NCBI GenBank assembly: GCA_964581535.1
Contig: CAZOOW010000005.1
Span: 8,140 to 72,139, forward strand
Direction: 5' to 3'
Length of the DNA: 64,000 nucleotides
Source: an uncultured Candidatus Saccharibacteria bacterium
GTDB lineage: Bacteria; Patescibacteriota; Saccharimonadia; Saccharimonadales; Saccharimonadaceae
Part shown: piece by piece, positions 8,407 to 17,804 of the stretch
Layout of the letters: every line of letters begins with the position of its first letter
Numbering within the stretch: the first letter of the stretch is position 1
Notes under the pieces: generated by a model
Seen by the model: the letters and a program-made list of their open reading frames with translations, nothing else
What the model was told of the DNA's origin: nothing
The model's database searches: none
Translations under genes and position numbers: made by a program

Positions 8407-10347
8407 ATGAATGCTCAAGAAATCCGCAATGCCTATCTGAAATATTTTGAAGACCGTCGACATGTCGTCATAAAACGCGCCCCATTAGTGCTGAGTGATG
8501 ATCCAACGACACTTTTTACCGGCTCAGGCATGCAGCCGATGATTGAATATTTGCTCGGCACGCCGCATCCCGAAGGCAGGCGTATCGTCGACAGTCAAAC
8601 GTGTCTGCGTGCACAGGACATCGATGACATTGGCGACAATCGCCACACCACATTTTTCGAGATGCTTGGCAACTGGAGCATGGGTGACTATTTCAAACAG
8701 CAACAACTCGAGTGGATATACGATTTCTTAAAAAATGTCGTGGGATTAGATATGAATAAAGTGTTTGTCACCTGTTTTATAGGCGATGAACGTTATGGAA
8801 TCCCGAAAGATACCGAGGCGGCGGACATCTGGAAACGACTTTATGAAAAAGATGGCATGTCATCCCAAGATGTTGAAATCGGAAGCGAGGAAAACGGATA
8901 CGAACGAGGAATTCGTGAAGGCGAGCGAATATTTTACTATGACGGCAGCAAAAACTGGTGGAGTCGGAATGGATCGCCGGAATATACGCCCATCGGTGAC
9001 CCTTGCGGTCCGGACAGTGAGATGTTCTACGACTTTGGCACGGAACACGACAACTCATATGGTGAGCACTGTCATCCTAACTGTGATTGTGGTCGGTTTA
9101 TGGAAATCGGTAACAACGTCTTTATGGCATATAAAAAGGTCGGTGATGGACAGTTCGAAGAGCTGGAGCAGAAAAACGTCGATCACGGCTCAGGGCTGGA
9201 AAGAATCGCTGCCGCAAAGTTAAATGAGCCTGATGTGTTTAAGATCAGCGTATTATGGCCCATCATCGAAAAACTACAGACCATCAGTAAAAAATCCTAC
9301 GAAGAATACACGGCCAGCATGCGCGTTATTGCCGATCACCTGCGGGCTGCAACGTTCCTGGCTGTTGATGGCTGCGTGCCGAGCAACAAAGAACAAGGCT
9401 ATGTTATGCGCAAGCTAGTCCGGCGCGCCATGGTCAAAGCCTTCGACTTGGGTGTTGAGCAGAATTTCATGCAGGAGATTGTTCCGGTCATCGCCGATCT
9501 GTATCACGATGATTTTCCAGAAGTAGCAGAAAAACGTGAAGAGATTGTCGCTGTCCTCATCAAAGAGGAAAAGGCATTCCGTCAGACGCTACGTAAGGGT
9601 CTTAAGCAACTAGCGATGATGAATCCTCTTGCAGAGACTACAGAGGTAAATGGTGTCGTTGTTGAGCAGAAACGCCAAAGCGATACGATTTATTTGACGG
9701 GAGAAAATATCTTCACACTGTATGACACATACGGTTTCCCCGTTGAGTTGAGTGTTGAAGAGGCGATGAAGCAAAATATCAAACTGTCGCCTGACTGGAA
9801 GAAAGAATTTGACGCCAAGATGGATGAACAGCGACAGCGGAGCCAAACTGCAGCAAAAGGTACATTTAAAGGCGGACTGAGTGGACATGATGACATCCAC
9901 AAAAAATACCACACGGCGACACATCTGATGTATAAGGCCCTCCGCCTGGTTCTCGGCGATCACGTTATTCAGCATGGAAGCAATATCACCGATGAACGGC
10001 TGCGTTTTGATTTCTCGCATCCTGAAAAAGTCACACGCGAGCAGCTTGACGAGGTTGAACGTATCGTTAACGAAAAGATTGAGGATGATTTGCAGGTTTC
10101 ATGGAAAGAATACCCTACTGCCGAGGCGCAAAGTATGGGTGCGATGGGCGCGTTCGGCGACCGCTACGGTGAGACAGTGAAGGTCTATGAGATGGGTGAA
10201 GGTGACAACCAGTTCAGCTTCGAAATCTGCGGCGGCCCGCACGTCGAACATACTGGACAGTTAGCGGAAAATGGCAAACGCTTCGTTATCACCAAAGAAG
10301 AATCCAGCTCCGCCGGTATCCGCCGCATCAAAGCAGTTTTACGGTAG
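8407..10347 (+). CDS. alaS: alanine--tRNA ligase, short form lacking the C-Ala domain
   Basis: N-terminus IRNAYLKYFEDRRH..TLFTGSGMQP. Editing-domain motifs HTATHLM and CGGPHV. The protein ends right after ..AGIRRIKAVLR. Confidence 0.9.
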   Translation: MNAQEIRNAYLKYFEDRRHVVIKRAPLVLSDDPTTLFTGSGMQPMIEYLLGTPHPEGRRIVDSQTCLRAQDIDDIGDNRHTTFFEMLGNWSMGDYFKQQQLEWIYDFLKNVVGLDMNKVFVTCFIGDERYGIPKDTEAADIWKRLYEKDGMSSQDVEIGSEENGYERGIREGERIFYYDGSKNWWSRNGSPEYTPIGDPCGPDSEMFYDFGTEHDNSYGEHCHPNCDCGRFMEIGNNVFMAYKKVGDGQFEELEQKNVDHGSGLERIAAAKLNEPDVFKISVLWPIIEKLQTISKKSYEEYTASMRVIADHLRAATFLAVDGCVPSNKEQGYVMRKLVRRAMVKAFDLGVEQNFMQEIVPVIADLYHDDFPEVAEKREEIVAVLIKEEKAFRQTLRKGLKQLAMMNPLAETTEVNGVVVEQKRQSDTIYLTGENIFTLYDTYGFPVELSVEEAMKQNIKLSPDWKKEFDAKMDEQRQRSQTAAKGTFKGGLSGHDDIHKKYHTATHLMYKALRLVLGDHVIQHGSNITDERLRFDFSHPEKVTREQLDEVERIVNEKIEDDLQVSWKEYPTAEAQSMGAMGAFGDRYGETVKVYEMGEGDNQFSFEICGGPHVEHTGQLAENGKRFVITKEESSSAGIRRIKAVLR

Positions 10348-10394
10348 TGTATTTTGCGCCATAAGCGGTTTGCGTAGTATACTGTTTACCAGAT

Positions 10395-11666
10395 ATGCTT
10401 CTCGAAAAGCTAAAGGAAAAGATCCCTCGGAAAGACCAGGCGAATGACGACCTGCTCATCGGTCTTGATATTGGCACGGAGTTCGTTAAGGCGCTGATTG
10501 CTCGTGTGGTCGGCGATGAACTTGAGATTATTGGTATTGGCCGGGCTCGTCAGGAGATGGGGGATATGCATAGTGGTGCAATCGCTGATATCGGTGGTGT
10601 CGTGCGAAACTGTGAGGACGCGCTCTCTCAAGCCGAAGAACAAGCAGGCGTACAGGCAAGACGAGCAGTTATAGGTATCGCCGGAGAGCTCGTTAAAGGG
10701 TTAACGAGTACGATTCGCTATAAACGACCACAGCCGGACCGGGCGCTTGATGTCAACGAAATGGAATTCATCATCGAGAAGGTTCAGGAGCGTGCACAAC
10801 ACAAAGCACAGGCACAAATAGCACTCGAAACAGGCAACGACGATGTCGAAGTTAAGCTCGTCAACTCTGCAATAGTCAGCATCCATATAGATGGCTATAA
10901 GGTTTCTAACCCTATTGGCTTTCAAGGAAAGGACGTCGCTATCCAGATTTATACCGCATTTGCGCCCATGGTGCATATCGGTGCGCTAGAGCGGACAGCC
11001 AACGAGCTCGATCTTGATCTGGTGGCGGTTGCCGCCGAGCCCTTTGCGGTTTCTCGAAGTGTCCTTGGTACCGACGCAAGTAGTACGTTTACTGCCATCT
11101 TGGCCGACGTTGGGGGTGGCACGACCGATATCGCGGTAGTGAATGACGGTGGCGTGGAAGGCACCCGAATGTTCGGTATCGGAGGACGGAGTTTTAGCCG
11201 TACAATAGCTAACGATATGGACATATCCTATGATGATGCAGAGAAACTGAAGGTCAACGTATCGGATGAAAAACTCAAGCCGGAGATTGCTGAAAAAGTT
11301 CATGAGTCGATAGACAAAACCCTAGAGGTCTGGCTGGGTGGTGTAGAGCTAGCACTTAGTGATTTTGATTCTGTCGATCATTTGCCGAACCGGATTCTGC
11401 TTTGCGGGGGAGGTTCTAGTCTCGAACGTCTGGTTCACGCCCTCAAAACAGGCGACTGGTATAAGGATTTACCGTTCACGAAACGTCCGTCGGTACAACA
11501 TGTGATGCCGATCGATGTCGTTGGAATAACTGACAAAACAGATTCTTCACTGGATCATACTTTCGTAACTGCAATGGGGCTTCTGAGAGTCGGATATGAT
11601 ACGATGGTAGGTAATTCAGATAGTGACAACATAAAAGATAAAATCAATCGACTGCTCAGGGTATAA
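10395..11666 (+). CDS. ftsA: FtsA-like actin-fold cell-division ATPase
   Basis: Actin/HSP70-fold phosphate motifs GLDIGTEFVKA and DVGGGTTDIAV, plus LCGGGS. The length is FtsA-like. Confidence 0.65.
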   Translation: MLLEKLKEKIPRKDQANDDLLIGLDIGTEFVKALIARVVGDELEIIGIGRARQEMGDMHSGAIADIGGVVRNCEDALSQAEEQAGVQARRAVIGIAGELVKGLTSTIRYKRPQPDRALDVNEMEFIIEKVQERAQHKAQAQIALETGNDDVEVKLVNSAIVSIHIDGYKVSNPIGFQGKDVAIQIYTAFAPMVHIGALERTANELDLDLVAVAAEPFAVSRSVLGTDASSTFTAILADVGGGTTDIAVVNDGGVEGTRMFGIGGRSFSRTIANDMDISYDDAEKLKVNVSDEKLKPEIAEKVHESIDKTLEVWLGGVELALSDFDSVDHLPNRILLCGGGSSLERLVHALKTGDWYKDLPFTKRPSVQHVMPIDVVGITDKTDSSLDHTFVTAMGLLRVGYDTMVGNSDSDNIKDKINRLLRV

Positions 11667-11668
11667 CT

Positions 11669-13306
11669 ATGGCTACAGCACCAAAAAAGGATGTTATATA
11701 TATCGATACCGATGACGACATCACCGGTATAATTGAGAAACTGAAAACTGCTAAATCACCAATCGTCGCGCTAGTTCCCCCTAAGCGAATTGGTGTGCTC
11801 CAGAGCAATGTCAACCTTCGTCTTCTTGTAAAGGCGGCCGATACGAGCAAAAAACGTCTGGTACTCATAACTAACGACCATACACTCAAAGGTATGGCCT
11901 CATTACTATCAATTCCAGTAGCGAAAAATCTTCAGTCAAAACCGGAGGTTCCAGAAAATACTCATGCGCTAAATGAAGAGAGTGATGTTATCGATGGTGC
12001 AGATTTACCTGTTGGAGAACATGCGAAGATGGCAGCACCCGCAGCTACTGCAAGCGCCGCCGATATCGCAAGCGCGGCAGCGGCGACAGATGAAATCGAC
12101 GGCCCTCAGGTTCCCCTTGCGGCTACCGCTGCAGCGCGTGCGCCAAAAAAACGCACAAAAAGCGGAATTCCTGATTTTGATAGTTTCCGAAAGAGACTGT
12201 TCTTGTTTGGCGGACTCGGGGTACTTCTCCTTGCATTTTTGATATGGGCATTGTTCTTTGCGGGCAAAGCGACCATTGCCATTACAGCTAAGACGAACGT
12301 CGTAAATATAGATAAGACACTGCAGCTTCGTCCAAATGCTCCGCTAGATGCCGCACAGGCGGTACTTCCGCCAGCGATAAAGGAATTAAAAAAGCCCCTA
12401 TCTATCGACTTTGGTGCAACTGGCAAAAAAGACGTTGGCACAAAAGCCACCGGTAGCGTAAAGTTTTCGATTAAAGATATTGACCTACTCGGAAAGACAG
12501 TGCCTGCTGGGACGGTTCTCACATCCAGTGGAGGCTCAACCTACACAACCGATAGTGCTGTAACGTTTACTATGGCTAACTATAAAGCTGCCTCAACGGG
12601 TATAACCGCCACTGCAAGCGGAAGTCGTTTTAACGGTGCGACTGGAAGCGTGAGTGGGGCACCGTCAGGAGTAGGCGCCACACTAGAGGGAGCTACAACG
12701 GGTGGTACGGATAAGGTTATTTCAATTGTTTCTCAGGATGACTTCAACAAAGCTCGCGATCAGCTTCAGTCGCAGGCTGAAGGCGACAGCGTGAAAAATC
12801 GAGACGAGCTGGCTAAACAGTTCAGCGCCGAATACGTTGTTATACAGGAAAGTTTTAAAGCAGTTATCGCCAACCCCGTATCAGCTCCAAGCGTCGATCA
12901 AGAAGCAGCCAATGCCAAGATGACTGGCGAGGCGACCTACCGACTTGTCGCGGTGAAGCGTAGTGATTTGAAAGCGGTCTACGACGCCCACACCTTTGCA
13001 CAGATTGATAAAGCGTCCCAAAAGATCTACCGTAGTGGTGACGACAAAACTGGCTTCTCACAGTTCACTGAGGTTGAAGGTGGGTTCAATACTAAAGCCC
13101 AGGCAACTGCTCAGGTCGGACCGAATATAAACGAAAAGCTATTGGCGCAATCTATTGCAGGAAAGCAGGCAGGTGAAATCCAGGAGATGATTCAACGCAT
13201 TCAGGGCGTTGATAACGTAAACGTCAAATTTTCACCGTTCTGGGTCACTAAAGCACCTAAAGATACGAAAAAGATAGATATTAAATTCGTCGTAAACGAT
13301 GACTGA
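11669..13306 (+). CDS. hypothetical single-pass membrane protein, partner of the FtsA-like gene
   Basis: 545-aa ORF starting 2 nt after the ftsA-like stop. Ala-rich linker, then one TM segment (LFLFGGLGVLLLAFLIWALFF), then a large extracytoplasmic part. Confidence 0.55.
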   Translation: MATAPKKDVIYIDTDDDITGIIEKLKTAKSPIVALVPPKRIGVLQSNVNLRLLVKAADTSKKRLVLITNDHTLKGMASLLSIPVAKNLQSKPEVPENTHALNEESDVIDGADLPVGEHAKMAAPAATASAADIASAAAATDEIDGPQVPLAATAAARAPKKRTKSGIPDFDSFRKRLFLFGGLGVLLLAFLIWALFFAGKATIAITAKTNVVNIDKTLQLRPNAPLDAAQAVLPPAIKELKKPLSIDFGATGKKDVGTKATGSVKFSIKDIDLLGKTVPAGTVLTSSGGSTYTTDSAVTFTMANYKAASTGITATASGSRFNGATGSVSGAPSGVGATLEGATTGGTDKVISIVSQDDFNKARDQLQSQAEGDSVKNRDELAKQFSAEYVVIQESFKAVIANPVSAPSVDQEAANAKMTGEATYRLVAVKRSDLKAVYDAHTFAQIDKASQKIYRSGDDKTGFSQFTEVEGGFNTKAQATAQVGPNINEKLLAQSIAGKQAGEIQEMIQRIQGVDNVNVKFSPFWVTKAPKDTKKIDIKFVVNDD

Positions 13307-13724
13307 TTTTTCCGATAAAAAACAAATTTTTTTAGCATTTGACGTCGGAGAAAAGCGTATCGGCGTTGCTCAAGGCGATAGCCAGACAAAAATCCCTTTT
13401 CCGCTGGCAACTGTGAATGTAGATGGGATGGAGCTGGATAGGATTCGGGAAATCATCTCAGAAGTTGTACCTGATGGTTTGGTTGTCGGCTTTCCAAGAA
13501 ATCAGTCAGGCGAAAAGACAGCTCAGACAGCAGTAAGCCTGCGCTTTGGGGCGGAACTTGAGGTTTTTAGGGTGCCGGTGTATTTCCAGGACGAATCCTT
13601 AACTTCGGTGGCCGCTGAAGAATATCTGAAGCAAACAAAAAAACCATACGTTAAAGCCGATATAGATGCACGGGCTGCCGCGATTATTCTCGATGATTTT
13701 TTAAAGGAGAGATATGGATATTAG
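13299..13724 (+). CDS. ruvX: Holliday-junction-resolvase-like pre-16S rRNA nuclease YqgF/RuvX
   Basis: FLAFDVGEKRIGVAQGD N-terminal motif, DESLTS, AAAIILDDFL. Confidence 0.85.
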   Translation: MTDFSDKKQIFLAFDVGEKRIGVAQGDSQTKIPFPLATVNVDGMELDRIREIISEVVPDGLVVGFPRNQSGEKTAQTAVSLRFGAELEVFRVPVYFQDESLTSVAAEEYLKQTKKPYVKADIDARAAAIILDDFLKERYGY

Positions 13725-14883
13725 ACCGCCGCGTAAAGTAACAGTGCCAAAGAGACGCCTAGAGAACTCGGGTGCGGATGGTCCAAAGATCCAGAAAGTC
13801 AGTGCAGATACCCTACCAACCCCGATTAAGCCGGATGAGTTTACTGATTCGCAAAAACTGTCACTACGACGACGTTTTTCGAAAAAGTCACGTACGATAG
13901 CTGCTGCGGTTGTAGGTTTTTTTGCAACTGCATTACTCGTGAGTTTTATTTGGTATTCATGGGCCCTACTACCACGCTCGGGCGATGGGACGCAGGTGCG
14001 GGTTGTTGTTGCGCCCGGCGACACGGTTAGACAGATAGCTCAGAATCTCTACGACCATAAACTTATTCGTTCGCGTGCGGCATTCAATATCTATACACAA
14101 CTTACGGGAAACAGAGCGAAGTTACAGGCCGGAGGCTATGCGCTCTCAGCTAATCAAGACGTTCAGAGCATTGTTGCGCATATAGTGGAGGGCAAAACTG
14201 ATGAGTTTAATATCACAATTCCTCCTGGGCTGACACTCAAAGAACTCCGTAAAGTGTTTATCAAAAATGGCTATAGTGACAGTGAGGTAAATGAGGCGTA
14301 TGCGGCAAAATACGACAGTCCTTTGCTTACTAGTCGCCCCGCCGGAGCAGACCTCGAAGGCTATATCTATCCCGAAACATATAAAATGGGAGCCAACCAG
14401 ACGCTTGAAGCACTTCTCCGGCGCAGCTTTGACCAGATGTACTCACTCTTGCAAGACAAAGGATACCTTGAGGAGTTTAAAAAAAGGGGACTGAGCTTGC
14501 ATCAGGCACTCACGCTGGCCTCGATTGTCCAAAAAGAAGTCCCTTCTCCGGCAGACCAAAAACAAGTTGCTCAAGTTTTTTTGAAACGCTACGGTATGGG
14601 GATGCATCTCGGCTCAGACGTGACATTTATGTATGCGGCGGATCAAATGGGTGTCAAAGCTACGGTTGATTTGGACTCGCCCTATAACACGCGTAAATAT
14701 GTTGGTCTCCCGCCAGGTCCAATCGCAAATATGAACCCAAGCGCACTCGAGGCGGTTGCCTTCCCGGCAGCCGGTGACTATCTCTATTTTGTGGCTGGTG
14801 ACGACGGTACGACGTACTATGCGCTTACCGAAGATCAGCATAATGCCAATGTCGCGGCACATTGTACCACCCTCTGCCAGTAG
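13714..14883 (+). CDS. mltG: endolytic murein transglycosylase MltG (YceG-like)
   Basis: N-terminal TM segment, LASIVQKE and YNTRKYVGLPPGPIANMNPSALEAV motifs. Confidence 0.88.
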   Translation: MDIRPPRKVTVPKRRLENSGADGPKIQKVSADTLPTPIKPDEFTDSQKLSLRRRFSKKSRTIAAAVVGFFATALLVSFIWYSWALLPRSGDGTQVRVVVAPGDTVRQIAQNLYDHKLIRSRAAFNIYTQLTGNRAKLQAGGYALSANQDVQSIVAHIVEGKTDEFNITIPPGLTLKELRKVFIKNGYSDSEVNEAYAAKYDSPLLTSRPAGADLEGYIYPETYKMGANQTLEALLRRSFDQMYSLLQDKGYLEEFKKRGLSLHQALTLASIVQKEVPSPADQKQVAQVFLKRYGMGMHLGSDVTFMYAADQMGVKATVDLDSPYNTRKYVGLPPGPIANMNPSALEAVAFPAAGDYLYFVAGDDGTTYYALTEDQHNANVAAHCTTLCQ

Positions 14884-14903
14884 TCAACATATTTCGACAT
14901 ATA

Positions 14904-14932
14904 TTGACACTATTTACAACCATTGGTATACT
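14904..14932 (+). promoter_or_regulatory. sigma70-type promoter upstream of the LysM-CHAP hydrolase gene
   Basis: TTGACA 14904-14909, 17-nt spacer, TATACT 14927-14932. Confidence 0.55.
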
Positions 14933-15099
14933 AAACATGCAACTAACTGTGAGTGAACTTGACTACTGTAAATGTATGTCGGTTTGGGTGGCTCATAGGT
15001 AGTCTGCCTACCGTCGAACTGTCGTACGAGTGCAACTCTATACTGGTTCTCTAAATAGCACTAACTACGCGAGGTAAAGGTCGACACGCACTCTGTTTT

Positions 15100-16296
15100 T
15101 TGTTCGTTATATCCGAAACAAAAAAGTTAAGACAAAGTAACGGTAGTCGCGTTCTAGCAATAGAATGCACGGAGAAGACGATTAGTACTCAATCCGAGGC
15201 TCTCGCCACCACTTCATCGCAACCTGCTACGCGCAAGAAGCGACGTTCATATTCTCAATTTAGCTCGATCATGGCGTATATCGCCGTTTTAACGTTACTT
15301 GCTAGTGTTATTTCCGTAGGCTATCAGTCTCCCGTTGAAAAACAAGTTGCCGCACAGTCGAGTGAAGGCAGCGTTCTTCAAGTGGAAAATCCGTCAGTCG
15401 ACCAGCGTGTTGCGGCGGAATTAGCTGCCACGGCTGCCGAAACAGCTGATCTGGCCGTGACGTCAAACGTCGTCAATATGTCGATTTCACTCACCGCCAA
15501 AGCTGATTTGGCGCAAACTGATACGACCGTTATCGCTAAACCTCAGATTCTCGAGGTTGGCGACCAGCGGGGTATTTCTACGTATACTTCAGTCGCTGGA
15601 GATACGGTTCAATCTGTCGCAGACAAATATGGTGTTAACGCAGATACGGTGCGTTGGTCGAATCGACTTATTGGAGACGCAATTACAGTAGGTAGCTCCC
15701 TAAAAGTACCAAATGTTAATGGATTTATTTATGTCGTTCGTGAAGGCGACACCATAGACAGCATTGCGAGCCGTTATCAGGCTCAGGCTGCCCGAATCAT
15801 CAGCTATAACGACCTCGAAATCGGAGGTATTACACCTGGTCAACAGATTGTCGTGCCTGACGGTGTACTTCCGGAAACTGAACGACCTGGTTACACTGCA
15901 CCGGTCTCTGGTAATGTGCGGACAAACACGCAGGTCGTTGCCTACGTCGGCAACTCTGCTTCTGTTGGGAACCGCTATGATTATGGATATTGTACGTGGT
16001 ACGTTTATAATCGCCGTGCCGAGCTGGGTCGCCCAGTCGGTAGCTTCTGGGGGAATGCCTCGACCTGGGCTAGTTATGCTCGTGGAAGTGGTTATGCCGT
16101 GAACAGCACGCCTGAAGTCGGCGCCGTCATGCAGGATAGCTATAGTGCTGGTGGGTACGGCCACGTTGCAGTTGTTGAGAGCAAGAATGCCGACGGAGGT
16201 ATAACAGTTTCAGAAATGAACTATGCCGGCTGGAATGTCCGCTCATACCGAACTCTATCTGCCGCAGAAGCTGCTCGCTACAACTTTATCCATTAG
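15100..16296 (+). CDS. secreted LysM(x2)-CHAP peptidoglycan hydrolase
   Basis: Two LysM repeats (YTSVAGDTVQSVADKYGV.., YVVREGDTIDSIASRYQA..). C-terminal CHAP motifs YGYCTWYVYNRR and GYGHVAVVE. The start is uncertain: TTG 15100 in the ORF track, ATG 15271 is possible. Confidence 0.8.
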   Translation: MFVISETKKLRQSNGSRVLAIECTEKTISTQSEALATTSSQPATRKKRRSYSQFSSIMAYIAVLTLLASVISVGYQSPVEKQVAAQSSEGSVLQVENPSVDQRVAAELAATAAETADLAVTSNVVNMSISLTAKADLAQTDTTVIAKPQILEVGDQRGISTYTSVAGDTVQSVADKYGVNADTVRWSNRLIGDAITVGSSLKVPNVNGFIYVVREGDTIDSIASRYQAQAARIISYNDLEIGGITPGQQIVVPDGVLPETERPGYTAPVSGNVRTNTQVVAYVGNSASVGNRYDYGYCTWYVYNRRAELGRPVGSFWGNASTWASYARGSGYAVNSTPEVGAVMQDSYSAGGYGHVAVVESKNADGGITVSEMNYAGWNVRSYRTLSAAEAARYNFIH

Positions 16297-16339
16297 CAAA
16301 AAAGCTACGACGTATCATGACGTCAACAACTACGATACT

Positions 16340-16372
16340 AACGGGCAGTACCATGGTGTATTGCCCGTTTTA
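16340..16372 (+). terminator. intrinsic terminator after the LysM-CHAP gene
   Basis: Stem AACGGGCA / TGCCCGTT followed by a T-run. Confidence 0.6.
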
Positions 16373-16458
16373 GTTCCTCGCTCTTTCTTTGTACCGCACC
16401 CGTTCATTTATTCCATAGGATGACGTTAATAAATCACCTCTGTTATAATAAGGCGAGT

Positions 16459-17754
16459 ATGTTTGTTGATAGTGCGAAGGTTTCAGTTGAGGCAGGGCGT
16501 GGTGGTGACGGCCGCGTCAGTTTTCGTCATGAGAAATATGTTGATAAAGGCGGTCCGGACGGCGGCGACGGCGGCAGAGGCGGTGATGTTATTTTTCAGG
16601 CCGATACTAGGGTCAACACGCTCGTGGATTTTCGTATTAAAAAAATCCTATCGGCTGAAAACGGTCAACCCGGTGGCGAGCGTAAAAAACACGGACGAAA
16701 TGGCAAGAACATCACTATCTCGGTGCCTGTCGGTACACAAATATATGACGGCGATATATTGCTAGCTGACTTGGTGGTAAATGAACAGCCTGCGGTCGTG
16801 GCGCGCGGTGGCGACGGGGGTTTTGGGAATGCTCATTTCAAAAGTTCGACACGGCAGGCTCCTCGCATCGCTGAGTTAGGCGAAAAAGGTGACGAACTAG
16901 AGCTTCGGCTTGAGCTAAAGCTGTTAGCAGACGTTGGGCTTGTCGGCTTTCCAAATGCCGGCAAATCGACCTTTCTGAGCGTGGTAACTAGTGCAAAACC
17001 CGCCATCGCTGACTATGCGTTTACGACGCTTGAGCCGAATCTTGGCGTGGCTGACATAGACGATACAAGCCTGCTTATAGCGGACATCCCGGGCCTAATT
17101 GAAGGTGCGAGTGAAGGGAAGGGGCTGGGAGATGCATTTCTCCGTCACATTGAGCGTACTGCGGTCATATTACACCTTGTCGATGCGTATAACGATGATC
17201 CGGCCGCAGCCTACAAAACTATACGGACTGAGCTGGATGCCTACAGCCATGACCTCGCTAAACTGCCGGAAGTTGTCGTCCTCTCAAAAACGGATGGGCT
17301 AGACGATGAAATAGTTTCAGACCAGCTTCGTAAGTTAAAAAATGCGGCGAAACACTCTACGGTGCTTGCGATGTCATCACTTGCGAGGGAAGGAACTTCC
17401 GAAGTGCTTCGCAGGCTAGCAAAGGAAGTCGCTACCGTTCGTAAGCGCCAATCGGACGAAGCAGCTGAACTGCTTGCAGCGAAAAAAGAGGATGATTCCA
17501 CGATATCGCTCAGCGACCGCGAGTTAGATTCTGCATGGAAAGTAGTAAGGCATAACGAGGAGTTCGTAGTAACAGGCACAAAGATTGAAAAGTTTGCCAG
17601 GCGTACTGATTTTGAAAACGTACATAGCGTGAACCGGCTTCGGGATATTATGAGAAAAATGGGGATTACCCATGAACTTATCCGGGCTGGGGCAGAAAAT
17701 ACCAGTATCGTAGCGATAGACGATAACAGATTGACTCTTGACGAAATTCAATAA
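16459..17754 (+). CDS. obg: GTPase Obg/CgtA
   Basis: MFVDSAKV..GRGGDGRVSFRHEKY Obg fold, G1 motif GFPNAGKST, DIPGLIEGA, SKTD, and a C-terminal OCT domain. ATG 16459 was chosen over the ORF-track start at 16420. Confidence 0.93.
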   Translation: MFVDSAKVSVEAGRGGDGRVSFRHEKYVDKGGPDGGDGGRGGDVIFQADTRVNTLVDFRIKKILSAENGQPGGERKKHGRNGKNITISVPVGTQIYDGDILLADLVVNEQPAVVARGGDGGFGNAHFKSSTRQAPRIAELGEKGDELELRLELKLLADVGLVGFPNAGKSTFLSVVTSAKPAIADYAFTTLEPNLGVADIDDTSLLIADIPGLIEGASEGKGLGDAFLRHIERTAVILHLVDAYNDDPAAAYKTIRTELDAYSHDLAKLPEVVVLSKTDGLDDEIVSDQLRKLKNAAKHSTVLAMSSLAREGTSEVLRRLAKEVATVRKRQSDEAAELLAAKKEDDSTISLSDRELDSAWKVVRHNEEFVVTGTKIEKFARRTDFENVHSVNRLRDIMRKMGITHELIRAGAENTSIVAIDDNRLTLDEIQ

Positions 17755-17769
17755 ATATATAAAAAAGTA

Positions 17770-17798
17770 TTGACATTAGTCAAATATAATGCTATAAT
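17770..17798 (+). promoter_or_regulatory. consensus sigma70-type promoter of the non-coding unit
   Basis: TTGACA 17770-17775, 17-nt spacer, TATAAT 17793-17798. Confidence 0.6.
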
Positions 17799-17804
17799 GC
17801 ATAT

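Noticed and set aside
14940-15099. c-di-AMP (ydaO/kimA-type) riboswitch upstream of the LysM-CHAP hydrolase.
   Set aside because: Such riboswitches often precede wall hydrolases, but I could not find the conserved ACGGGGA/CCCA-type pseudo-symmetric core or any other recognisable riboswitch core.
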